DNA of 64,000 bases from Planctomycetota bacterium. GTDB lineage: Bacteria > Planctomycetota > Phycisphaerae > Phycisphaerales > Phycisphaeraceae. Each line of letters begins with the position of its first letter. Positions within the stretch are counted from its first letter, which is position 1. This document shows, piece after piece, positions 8,060 to 16,644 of this stretch. Under the pieces are notes generated by a model. It made no database searches. It had not been told where the DNA came from and saw only the letters and a list, made by a program, of their open reading frames with translations. The position numbers and the translations under genes are program-made. The stretch covers positions 1,825 through 65,824 of the forward strand of contig JBCDIM010000013.1 in NCBI GenBank assembly GCA_038749105.1. The letters run 5' to 3'.

Positions 8060-9454
8060 GTGTTTTGCCCCGGAGTCGTCTTGTCCTACCTGTTCCCACT
8101 GCCCGCCCAGGTCTTCATCAGCCTCTGTGTCATCCTGGTCGTGCTGCACCTGATCCTGCTCTCGACGGCCTACCTCATCTTCCTGGAACGCAAGGTCGCC
8201 TCCTGGACTCAGGACCGTATCGGGCCCAACCGCACCGACTTCTCGTTTGGGCAGGACAACCTGATCATCAAGATCCCACTGATCGGCGGGCTTCTGACAC
8301 GATTGCTCGTCGGGCCCAAGGCGCTATTCGGGCTTGGTCAGGCGTTGGCGGACGGCGTCAAGCTCCTGATCAAAGAGGACTACACGCCGCCCCGCGTCGA
8401 TAAGGGGCTGTTCTTCCTGGCCCCGATCCTTGCGGTCGTCCCGGCCATGCTCGGCTGGGCCGTGATCCCCTGGGGCGGGCTTTGGGAATTCCCAGGCCTG
8501 TCGGTCTTTGGGATGCAGCTGGCAGAAGCAGGGCGGGTCTCGGTCACGGTCGCACCGCTGTCGATAGGAGCGATCTTCATCCTCGCCATCGGGTCGCTCG
8601 CGGTCTATGGCGTCGCGCTGGCGGGCTATGCCTCGAACAACAAGTTCTCGTTCCTCGGCGGGCTGCGGGCCACGGCTCAGATGCTCAGCTACGAGATCCC
8701 GATGGGCGTCTGCGTGCTCATCATGATCCTCATGTACCAGTCCGCCGACCTCGGGCTCATGACCAACCTCCAGGCGGGCGGCGTCGAAGGCGGCTGGTTC
8801 AGCTTCACCAGCACCTGGGGCATCTTCGCTCACCCGCTGCTGGCGGTGATCTTCTTCACCTGCGTGCTCGCGGAGTGCAACCGCGCCCCGTTTGACCTGG
8901 CGGAGGCCGAGCAGGAGCTGGTGGGGGGGTTCCACACCGAGTTCGGGTCGATGAAGTGGGCGCTGTTTTTCCTGGGCGAGTACATCCACATGATCACCGG
9001 CTGCGCGTTCTTTGCGGTGCTGTTCCTCGGGGGCTGGGACCTGCTGCCGTTCGTCAATCTGTTCCCGCAGGTCGGCGAAGGGTTCTGGGAAGGCCTGCTG
9101 GTCGCGCTGCTCAAGTTCGGCGTCTTGGCGGGGAAGGTGGCGTTCTTGCTGTTCGTGATGATGTGGGTGCGGTGGACGCTGCCGCGGTTCCGCTACGACC
9201 AGCTCATGAAGCTGGGGTGGCGGAGCATCATCCCGATGATGCTGGTGATGCTGCTGGTGGTCGGGACGATGGTGTACCTGGGGATCACCGGCTGGTGGTG
9301 GTACGCGTTGGCGAACCTGGGGGTGGCGGTGGCGGGGGCGGTCGTGAGCCCGCGTCTGCCGCAGGGCCCGGCCGTCAACCGGAAGGTGCCGCTGGCCGGT
9401 TCACGCTTCAGCCCGGCCGAGCCGCCGACAGGCCCGGCCGTCGCGTCGAGCTGA
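8060..9454 (+). CDS. nuoH: NADH-quinone oxidoreductase subunit H, solitary, with insertion and C-terminal extension
   Basis: LIFLERKVASWTQDRIGPNR ... ALADGVKLLIKED ... LAECNRAPFDLAEAEQELVGGFHTEFGSMKWALFFLGEY are the NuoH/ND1 signatures. 464 aa versus about 330 typical. Confidence 0.85.
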   Translation: MFCPGVVLSYLFPLPAQVFISLCVILVVLHLILLSTAYLIFLERKVASWTQDRIGPNRTDFSFGQDNLIIKIPLIGGLLTRLLVGPKALFGLGQALADGVKLLIKEDYTPPRVDKGLFFLAPILAVVPAMLGWAVIPWGGLWEFPGLSVFGMQLAEAGRVSVTVAPLSIGAIFILAIGSLAVYGVALAGYASNNKFSFLGGLRATAQMLSYEIPMGVCVLIMILMYQSADLGLMTNLQAGGVEGGWFSFTSTWGIFAHPLLAVIFFTCVLAECNRAPFDLAEAEQELVGGFHTEFGSMKWALFFLGEYIHMITGCAFFAVLFLGGWDLLPFVNLFPQVGEGFWEGLLVALLKFGVLAGKVAFLLFVMMWVRWTLPRFRYDQLMKLGWRSIIPMMLVMLLVVGTMVYLGITGWWWYALANLGVAVAGAVVSPRLPQGPAVNRKVPLAGSRFSPAEPPTGPAVASS

Positions 9455-9489
9455 TGTCCCCGGTCCAAACTGTCTGACGCAGCGTAGCC

Positions 9490-10014
9490 TCAGCCTTCGT
9501 CGGGCTCGTGCTCGCGGTAGAGATCGAGATAGAACTCGAGCATCGCCTTGCCCGGCGCGGTGCGGGTCCGGGTGTGCTGGAAGCCGATCTTGTCGAACAT
9601 ATCGACCGCGGTGTCGTTGTCGAACCGCGTATCCAGCCGGACCTTGAGGTAGCCGTGGTGCTTGCAGTGGGCCAGCGCGGTCTCCACCAGCGACGTGGCG
9701 ATCGGGGTGTGCTGGAGGCTGTCCTCCACGCGCAGCCGACGGACCTCGGCCGTGTCACGCTCGTCGGAGGCAACACCGATCATGCCCACCACATGCCCGT
9801 CGTTCTCGGCGACCCAGAAGTGGTGACGCTCGTCGTCGAAGTAGGCCTCGCGGACGTTGTCGATGTCGGCCCCGGTGTCGTTCGGCGCGATCTGCCCGGC
9901 GAGCAATCCGTGGTCGTAGAGGTACGACACCCGCTCCTGGTCACGCGGCTCGAACGACCGCACCTGGATCGGCGGGCTCGCATGGGCTTCGGGTTGTGCA
10001 GGGGTATCGTTCAT
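9490..10014 (-). CDS. GNAT family N-acetyltransferase
   Basis: 174 aa. HVVGMIGV ... AEVRRLRVEDSLQHTPIATSLVETALAHCKHHGY resembles the GNAT motif A/B region. Confidence 0.7.
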   Translation of the reverse strand: MNDTPAQPEAHASPPIQVRSFEPRDQERVSYLYDHGLLAGQIAPNDTGADIDNVREAYFDDERHHFWVAENDGHVVGMIGVASDERDTAEVRRLRVEDSLQHTPIATSLVETALAHCKHHGYLKVRLDTRFDNDTAVDMFDKIGFQHTRTRTAPGKAMLEFYLDLYREHEPDEG

Positions 10015-10166
10015 GACGGCGTATCTATCCCGGAATCCCTCCGCGGCCCCGCAGGCTTACCCCTCCGGCGATTCAGAGCCCGCAAGAGCTCAATCAAGGC
10101 ACCAAATATAGCCCAACCGCCTCGGCTCAACAGCCCGCAGGCTTGTGGGGTGGTCAAGCCTGGGTA

Positions 10167-10682
10167 TCAGCCAGCGGTCGGCACCTCGTGGACGGCGACC
10201 TCGTCCGTCTGGGTGTCCAGCACCGCGACGGTGTACCGGCTGGCCCGGAACAGGGCCCCGGGGTTGATCACCCGCGTCTGGCCCCGCCGCTCGTCGGAGC
10301 AGCGGTGGGTGTGGCCGTGGCAGAGGTAGTCGACCCCGTCGCGGAGGGCGTCTTCCATGTCGGCCTCGACGTGCCCGTGGCAGAACGCCAACCGTTTGCC
10401 GTCCAGCTCGATCCGGCCGGCGGGGTGGTCCACCGCGATGCCCAGGGTCTGGGCGTACTGGGACATCGCGGGGATGTCCCAGTCGGTGTTGCCGAAGACC
10501 AGCCGGGAGTCCACCGGGCGGTCCGTGACGCCCTCGACCGCCAACGCGTCCACGACCTCGACGCTGCCCACGTCGCCCAGGTGCAGCAGCACGTCGATGC
10601 CCTGGTCCAGCAGCAGGTCAACCGCCCGGAGGGTCGTCTGCGTTCGGCCGTGTGAGTCTGAGAGTAGTCCGATCTTTGCCAA
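10167..10682 (-). CDS. YfcE/MJ0936-type metallophosphoesterase
   Basis: LLSDSHG, LHLGDVG, GNTD, CHGHTH motifs in the canonical order of calcineurin-like phosphoesterases. Confidence 0.8.
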   Translation of the reverse strand: MAKIGLLSDSHGRTQTTLRAVDLLLDQGIDVLLHLGDVGSVEVVDALAVEGVTDRPVDSRLVFGNTDWDIPAMSQYAQTLGIAVDHPAGRIELDGKRLAFCHGHVEADMEDALRDGVDYLCHGHTHRCSDERRGQTRVINPGALFRASRYTVAVLDTQTDEVAVHEVPTAG

Positions 10683-10820
10683 TGCCCGCCACCGTGATTC
10701 GCGAGTCGCTCGGTTGCAGGCCGAGGCCGCAGATCATAGCGGGCTCGATCCGCGCCGCAACCCCTGCTGTCCCAAACGCCGGCCGCCACGCCGGGCACGT
10801 TCGCGGGCTATGCTCGCCGC

Positions 10821-11636
10821 ATGAGCGACGTCCTGGCCGAGATCGTGCAGCACACCCGGGGCGTGGTGGAAGACGCGCGGCAGAAGACCACGCTCGACGA
10901 CATCCAGCGAATGGCCCACGACGCCGAGCCGCCCCGCAACTTCTTCTCCGCCCTGACCCGGCCCGCCAACACGCTGCGGGTCATCGCCGAGGTCAAGCGG
11001 GCCTCGCCCTCCGCGGGGCTGATCCGCCCCGACTTCGACCCGGTTGCCATTGCTCGGGCCTACGCCGAGAACGGCGCCGCCGCCATCTCCTGCCTCACCG
11101 ACGAGAAGTACTTCGGCGGCGACCTGGCCTACATCCAGCAGATCAAGGACGCGGTCCGCCTGCCCGTGCTCCGCAAGGACTTCATCGTCGATCCGTACCA
11201 GGTCTACGAGGCCCGAGCCGCCGGGGCCGACGCCATCCTGCTCATCGCCGAATGCCTCGGCGAGCCGCAGATGATCGACCTCATGATCCTCGCCACCGAG
11301 CTCCGCATGACCACCCTCCTCGAGGTCCACAGCCTCGAGTCCCTCATCCAGGTCAAGCCCCACCTCGGGTTCCCCCACCCCGCCTACCAGCTCCTGGGCA
11401 TCAACAACCGCAACCTCAAGACCATGCACACCAACGTGCAGCACACCCTCGAACTGCTCCCCGAAGTCCCCAACCGCGACGTCCTGGTCAGCGAGTCCGG
11501 CATCACCACCCACGACCACACCCAGACCCTCCAACGCCACAGCGTCCACCGCGCCCTAGTTGGCGAACACCTCATGCGCCAGCCCGATGTCGGCCTCGCC
11601 CTCAAGCAGCTCATCCACGGCAATATCGGCGACTAG
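10821..11636 (+). CDS. trpC: Indole-3-glycerol phosphate synthase
   Basis: IAEVKRASPSAGLIR, ISCLTDEKYFGG, VLRKDFIVDPYQVYEARAAGADAILLI, GINNRNL are the TrpC signatures. Confidence 0.9.
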   Translation: MSDVLAEIVQHTRGVVEDARQKTTLDDIQRMAHDAEPPRNFFSALTRPANTLRVIAEVKRASPSAGLIRPDFDPVAIARAYAENGAAAISCLTDEKYFGGDLAYIQQIKDAVRLPVLRKDFIVDPYQVYEARAAGADAILLIAECLGEPQMIDLMILATELRMTTLLEVHSLESLIQVKPHLGFPHPAYQLLGINNRNLKTMHTNVQHTLELLPEVPNRDVLVSESGITTHDHTQTLQRHSVHRALVGEHLMRQPDVGLALKQLIHGNIGD

Positions 11637-12604
11637 CGCTTCGCCGTCGCCGTGGCGTTCGGCATCGCTCCCGTGTGGTGACCGTCCAGCTTGATCCGTA
11701 GCCCGTCGTACGCCAGGTTCACCCCGTCCGGTAGGGCCGCGTCGACCTCGGCGTGCATCAGGTCGTGGGCGATGTGGGTCAGGTAGGTCTGCTTTGCGCC
11801 CAGCTGCTCCGCCACCTCACACGCCCGCTCCACCGTCATGTGCGTCGGGTGGTGCCGGTGCCGCAGCCCGTCGATGATCAGCACGTCCAGCCCCTCCAGC
11901 AGCCGCCAGCTCTCCGGAGGCACCGTCGAGACGTCCGTGCAATACGCCAATGACGCCCCCCCGGAAGCTCCACCGGAAACTCCACCGAAGTCCACCCGAA
12001 ACCCCAGGATGGGCAGCCGCCCGTGCATCAGCCGCACCGGCGTCCACCGGCTCCCAAACCAGTCAAACCCCTCACCCGCGTGCAGCTCGTGCGCGATCAG
12101 GTTCGCGATGAACGTCTTCTTGTTCGGCCCCCGCTTGGCCTGGAAGATGTACGGCAGCATGTCCGACAACGCGTCGAGCGTCTGCCGCTCCGCGAACACA
12201 TCAATCGGCTGGCCCATCACCGCGTTAAACCGCCGGAGGTCGTCCGTCCCGAACACGTGATCGGCGTGCATGTGCGTGTACACCACCCCGTCCAGCCGGG
12301 ACAGCCGCTCCCGGATCGCCTGCACCCGAAGGTCTGGCGATGCGTCGATCAACACCTGCCGAACCCCCGCCTGCTCCGCATTGAACGCCACCGCCTCCCG
12401 GTTCGCCTCCGTGTCCGGCAGCCCGTCATCCGTCCACCGCACCAACACCGACGCCCGCATCCGGTTGTCCCGCGGATCATCCGACGTGCACACCGGACAA
12501 TCGCAGCCGATCATCGGCACCCCCGCCGACGTCCCGCTCCCAAGCACAATCAGTTCAAGCGACATCCGGGTAGCGTAGCCCGTCTGGCCCCACGGCCGCT
12601 TCAC
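11633..12604 (-). CDS. MBL-fold metallo-hydrolase (PhnP-like)
   Basis: LIVLGSGTSAGVPMIGCDCPVC N-terminus and YTHMHADHVFG (HxHxDH). 4-nt overlap with the tsaD stop. Confidence 0.75.
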   Translation of the reverse strand: MKRPWGQTGYATRMSLELIVLGSGTSAGVPMIGCDCPVCTSDDPRDNRMRASVLVRWTDDGLPDTEANREAVAFNAEQAGVRQVLIDASPDLRVQAIRERLSRLDGVVYTHMHADHVFGTDDLRRFNAVMGQPIDVFAERQTLDALSDMLPYIFQAKRGPNKKTFIANLIAHELHAGEGFDWFGSRWTPVRLMHGRLPILGFRVDFGGVSGGASGGASLAYCTDVSTVPPESWRLLEGLDVLIIDGLRHRHHPTHMTVERACEVAEQLGAKQTYLTHIAHDLMHAEVDAALPDGVNLAYDGLRIKLDGHHTGAMPNATATAKR

Positions 12605-13674
12605 CCGCGCGTCGTGCTGAATACCGGCAGGCCCAGCCCGTCGCCCACACCGTCCGCAGTCAATTGGTGGAAGGCTAGCCCGGCAATCATCGCGGCGTTG
12701 TCTACGCAGTAGCTCATCGGGGGGACGCCGACGCGTAGGCCGTGCCGCTCACCGAACGCGGGCAGCCGCCGGCGCAGTTCGCTGTTGGCCGTTACGCCCC
12801 CACCCGCCAGCAGCGTTTTCACCGTTGTGCCCTCGGCTTCAAGCTGGGTCAACGCCCGCTCGAGCTTCCGCTCCACCGTGTCCATCACCGCGGCTTGGAA
12901 CGACGCGGCGAGGTCGGCCCGCTCCTTCTCAGACAGGTCCGCCGCCGACTGTTCAAAACGACTCTCAGCTCCCCGGCCCACCGGCTTGCCGCGGACCTTG
13001 TACAGCAGCGCCGTCTTCAATCCCGAAAACGAGAAGTCCAGCGAATCCTTGCCGAGCATGGGACGGGGCAGATCGTGAGCTGTGGGATCGCCCGTCTGGG
13101 CCAACCGGTCCAGTGAGGGTCCGCCGGGATAACCCGCGTCGAGCATGACCGCGGCCTTGTCGTAGGCCTCGCCGACCGCGTCGTCGATCGTCGCCCCGAG
13201 ACGCGTCAAATCCGTCGGCCCACCGACCCGGTACAGGCTCGTGTGCCCGCCGGAAATCACCAGCCCCAACGCCGGATACACCTCGCTCTCCGATAGCTCG
13301 GTGTCGAGCAGGGGGGCGTACAGGTGCGCTTCGACGTGATCCACGCCGACCAGCGGCACACCCAATGACCACGCCAGCGCCTTCGCCGCCGACACGCCCA
13401 CCACGAGTGACCCGATCAGCCCCGGCCGATTCCCCACCGCCACCCCATCCACCCCGCCCCAACCGATTCCGGCCTCTCGAAGCGCCGCTTCCACCACCGG
13501 CGTCAGCCGCTCGAGGTGTGCCCGGCTTGCGACCTCCGGCACGACCCCGCCGTACTCCGCGTGCAGCTCGTGCTGCGACGCCACGACGTTCGACCGCACC
13601 GCTCGGCCGTTCTCGACGACAGACGCGGCCGTCTCATCGCAGCTCGATTCGAGCCCAAGGATCAGCATCGCCAA
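12601..13674 (-). CDS. tsaD: tRNA N6-adenosine threonylcarbamoyltransferase
   Basis: LILGLESSCDETAASVV, HLERL..., ISGGHTSLY, FSFSGLKTA are the Kae1/TsaD signatures. Confidence 0.9.
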   Translation of the reverse strand: MAMLILGLESSCDETAASVVENGRAVRSNVVASQHELHAEYGGVVPEVASRAHLERLTPVVEAALREAGIGWGGVDGVAVGNRPGLIGSLVVGVSAAKALAWSLGVPLVGVDHVEAHLYAPLLDTELSESEVYPALGLVISGGHTSLYRVGGPTDLTRLGATIDDAVGEAYDKAAVMLDAGYPGGPSLDRLAQTGDPTAHDLPRPMLGKDSLDFSFSGLKTALLYKVRGKPVGRGAESRFEQSAADLSEKERADLAASFQAAVMDTVERKLERALTQLEAEGTTVKTLLAGGGVTANSELRRRLPAFGERHGLRVGVPPMSYCVDNAAMIAGLAFHQLTADGVGDGLGLPVFSTTRG

Positions 13675-13761
13675 GCACCCCTCAGCAGCGAGCCGGGGCG
13701 TGTCGCCCCGGCCGACCCGACACGGGCCGGCTCGCCTGTAGATAGCGATTGATGCGACATG

Positions 13762-15294
13762 TCACTCACCGTCCGCCGGCTGCGTCGCCGGGGCCGTCGC
13801 TGGGGCGGCACCGCCCGCGTCGAGCTCGGCCAGCCGCTCCTCGATCTCCTGCCGGGTCTCGTCCAACAGCTCGAGCCGACGCTCCAGGTCCTGCCGCTGC
13901 TTCGCCTTGACCAGCAGGTCCACATCCCGGCGACCCACCTCGGGCCACGCGCCGCCGCCCAGCTTCCCGATCACCGCTTCGAGCGCCGCGGCCAGCTGCG
14001 GGTCCTTGATCGTTTCCCGCAGGAAATCGGGCGTCACCTCGGCGTCGTCATACGGCCGGGTCGTCGGCTCGTCCCGACGCAGCGTCAGCATCTCCCGGAT
14101 CGCCTCGGGGGTCATCGGCACATACGCGCCGTCCGACGGGTCGACGCCCCAACGCTCAGCCCCGTCGACCTTGTGGATCTTCTCGCCCGACGGGATGTAG
14201 TAGTAGGCGGTGGTCAGCTTGATCGCCCCGCGGTCGCGCCCGAGCGGCCGGAGCTGCTGCACGCTGCCCTTGCCGAAGGTCCGCGTGCCCACGATCAGCG
14301 CCCGCTGGTTGTCCTTAAGCGCCCCAGCCAGGATCTCGGACGCCGACGCCGAGTTCTCGTTCGCCAGCAGCACGATCGGCATCGCTTCGGGAATCAGAGG
14401 CCGGTCCTCGGACTTGAGCACCGACTCGGCGACCTTCCGCCCCCGCGTCGACACGATCGTCTGGCCCGCGGGCAGCAGCATGTCACCGATCGACTGGGCC
14501 TGATTGAGCAGGCCGCCGCCGTTGAACCGCACGTCCAGGATCAGGCCCCGCATGCCCAGGCCCTTGAGCTCCAGCAGGGCTTCACGCAGCTCCGCGTCGG
14601 TGCGCTTGCCGAACTGGGTCAGGCGGACGTAGCCGATCTTGTTGACCGGGTCGAGCATGTAGTCGAACCGCTGCTCTTCGACCCGCCGGACCCCACGGAC
14701 CGAGCGGACCTGGATGCGGTCGCGGGTGATGGTGATGTCGGCCTCTTCGCCCGAGCGGTGCCGGACGGTGATGGTCACGTCCGTGCCCTTGACGCCCTTG
14801 AGCCGCTTGATCGCGTCCTGCAAGGTCATGCCCAGCGTGTCCTCGTCCTCGATCTTCAGCACGATGTCGCCGGGCTGCACGCCCGAGTTCCAGGCCGGCG
14901 AATCCTCGAGCGGCGCGACGATCCGCAGCCGATCCTTGAACAGATCGACCTCGGCCCCGATGCCCACAAACGAGCCGTCCACCGACTCGGTGAACTGCTT
15001 CAGGTCGTCCGGCGACAGGTAGTTCGTGTACGGGTCGTTCAGCGAGTCGATCATGCCCTCGATCGCCGCCTCGGCCGCCGCTTCCTGGTCCACATCGGTG
15101 ACATACAGCTCGCTGAGCAGGTGACGCACCTCGATGAACCGCTCCAGCTCACCCAGGCTGTCGCCGCCGCCGGTCCGGGCGAAACCGGCTTTCACCCCCG
15201 CCAACACCACAAACAGCACGCCGATCAACGCCGCATTCTTGAGCACCCGATTCATCATGCGAAAACACCTCGAAGGAGAAAACCGTCGGTCCAA
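13762..15294 (-). CDS. Carboxyl-terminal processing (S41, tail-specific) protease with PDZ domain
   Basis: IVLLANENSASASEILAGALKD (Ser nucleophile) and TRTFGKGSVQ (Lys). PDZ segment GDIVLKIEDEDTLGMTL; N-terminal signal anchor. Confidence 0.85.
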   Translation of the reverse strand: MDRRFSPSRCFRMMNRVLKNAALIGVLFVVLAGVKAGFARTGGGDSLGELERFIEVRHLLSELYVTDVDQEAAAEAAIEGMIDSLNDPYTNYLSPDDLKQFTESVDGSFVGIGAEVDLFKDRLRIVAPLEDSPAWNSGVQPGDIVLKIEDEDTLGMTLQDAIKRLKGVKGTDVTITVRHRSGEEADITITRDRIQVRSVRGVRRVEEQRFDYMLDPVNKIGYVRLTQFGKRTDAELREALLELKGLGMRGLILDVRFNGGGLLNQAQSIGDMLLPAGQTIVSTRGRKVAESVLKSEDRPLIPEAMPIVLLANENSASASEILAGALKDNQRALIVGTRTFGKGSVQQLRPLGRDRGAIKLTTAYYYIPSGEKIHKVDGAERWGVDPSDGAYVPMTPEAIREMLTLRRDEPTTRPYDDAEVTPDFLRETIKDPQLAAALEAVIGKLGGGAWPEVGRRDVDLLVKAKQRQDLERRLELLDETRQEIEERLAELDAGGAAPATAPATQPADGE

Positions 15295-15356
15295 TCCACC
15301 CGTACCCGCTGTCGTGATGTTACCTGCCGGACCGCTGCCGGGTTCGCTCCCCGAGC

Positions 15357-16373
15357 CTACTCGACCTCATACACATCGCCGGCGTGGAACAGCTTCTCCA
15401 GCGTCCCGGCCCCGCGCTTCTCGGTCGCGTCATCGACCTGCCCCTGCACCAGGTCCTCGTAGACCTCCCGCTGCTCCCGGTAGAACACGCCCATCGGCTC
15501 GGGGAACTCGGGGTAGTGCAGCCGGGCGAGCATCATCGCCATCGCCGAGTTGGTCTCGTCGTGGAAGAGCAGGTCATCCTCGGTGATCCCCGCTTCTCCC
15601 AGGGCGACGACTTCCGGCGTGTGCCCGACCATGCGGAGGCCCTTGTCAAGGTTTTTGCCGAAGATCATCGGCTTGCCGTGGTCGAGGTACAGCACGCTGT
15701 CCTCGCGGGTGTCCTTGCCGGTGAGCGACTCGAACGCGCCGTCGTTGAAGATGTTGCAGTTCTGGTAGATCTCGCAGAACGACGTGCCGCGGTGGCTGTT
15801 GGCTTCGGTCAGCACATCCGTCAGCCCGCGGTCCTTGTCGGTCGACCGGGCCACGAAGGTCCCGCCCGCCGCCAGCGCGACTTGAACGGGATCGATCGGG
15901 AAGTCCAGCGAGCCCATCGGCGTCGACTTGGTCTTCTTCCCCTGCTCGCTCGTCGGCGAGTACTGCCCCTTGGTCAGCCCGTAGATCCGGTTGTTGAACA
16001 GCAGCACGTTGACGTCGACGTTCCGCCGCAGCAGGTGCATCATGTGGTTCCCGCCGATGGAGAACCCGTCGCCGTCGCCGGTGATCATCCAGACATCAAG
16101 CTCCGGGTTCGCGATCTTGAGGCCGGACACGATCCCGGGGGCCCGGCCGTGGATCGTGTGGAACCCGTAGGTGTCCATGTAGTACGGGAACCGCGACGAG
16201 CACCCGATGCCGGAGATGAAGACCGTGTTCTCGCGCCGGTGCCCCGTCTGGGCGACCACGCGCTGCACCGCGTTGAGGATCGCGTAGTCCCCACACCCCG
16301 GGCACCACCTCACATCCTGATCGGAGGCGAAGTCTTTGGCTTTCAGGACTGGGAGCTTGGCTTCAGTGGCCAT
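15357..16373 (-). CDS. korB: 2-oxoglutarate:ferredoxin oxidoreductase beta subunit
   Basis: WCPGCGDYAILNAVQRV and TGDGDGFSIGGNH (TPP-binding) are typical of the KorB/OorB family. Confidence 0.85.
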   Translation of the reverse strand: MATEAKLPVLKAKDFASDQDVRWCPGCGDYAILNAVQRVVAQTGHRRENTVFISGIGCSSRFPYYMDTYGFHTIHGRAPGIVSGLKIANPELDVWMITGDGDGFSIGGNHMMHLLRRNVDVNVLLFNNRIYGLTKGQYSPTSEQGKKTKSTPMGSLDFPIDPVQVALAAGGTFVARSTDKDRGLTDVLTEANSHRGTSFCEIYQNCNIFNDGAFESLTGKDTREDSVLYLDHGKPMIFGKNLDKGLRMVGHTPEVVALGEAGITEDDLLFHDETNSAMAMMLARLHYPEFPEPMGVFYREQREVYEDLVQGQVDDATEKRGAGTLEKLFHAGDVYEVE

Positions 16374-16623
16374 TGGGCGTAATCCACCACATACGGGGTT
16401 TGGGTTGTTCAGGTTGAAATTCGATGCTTTCGATCATGACGACATCAAGCAGATCAATGCCGCCTTGATCCGAAGGCTTAGCGATGACCAGGGTGCGTTT
16501 ATCGCCAGAGAGGATCGCTTGGTCGGCGCTGCTTACCCCGATCTGCCGACCACTTGGATATGAAATAATGAACGGCTTGAAAGGCTCTGCCGCCAGTGCA
16601 TCTTTCATTTCAGTGGGGTTCAT
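16363..16623 (-). CDS. Small hypothetical protein (86 aa from ATG 16623; TTG 16641 also possible) inserted between korA and korB
   Basis: Complete ORF on the same strand as korA/korB. It starts 21 nt after the korA stop, and its stop overlaps the korB start by 11 nt. GC is visibly lower than in both flanks. No family recognised with confidence. Confidence 0.55.
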   Translation of the reverse strand: MNPTEMKDALAAEPFKPFIISYPSGRQIGVSSADQAILSGDKRTLVIAKPSDQGGIDLLDVVMIESIEFQPEQPKPRMWWITPNGH

Positions 16624-16644
16624 GATCAGGTTCTCTTTCAAAAT

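Noticed and set aside
13759-15462. 567-aa plus-strand ORF opposite the S41 protease
   Set aside because: Same reasoning. The minus-strand product carries the catalytic Ser/Lys motifs and a PDZ domain, while the plus-strand product is Arg/Pro/Leu-rich with no motif.
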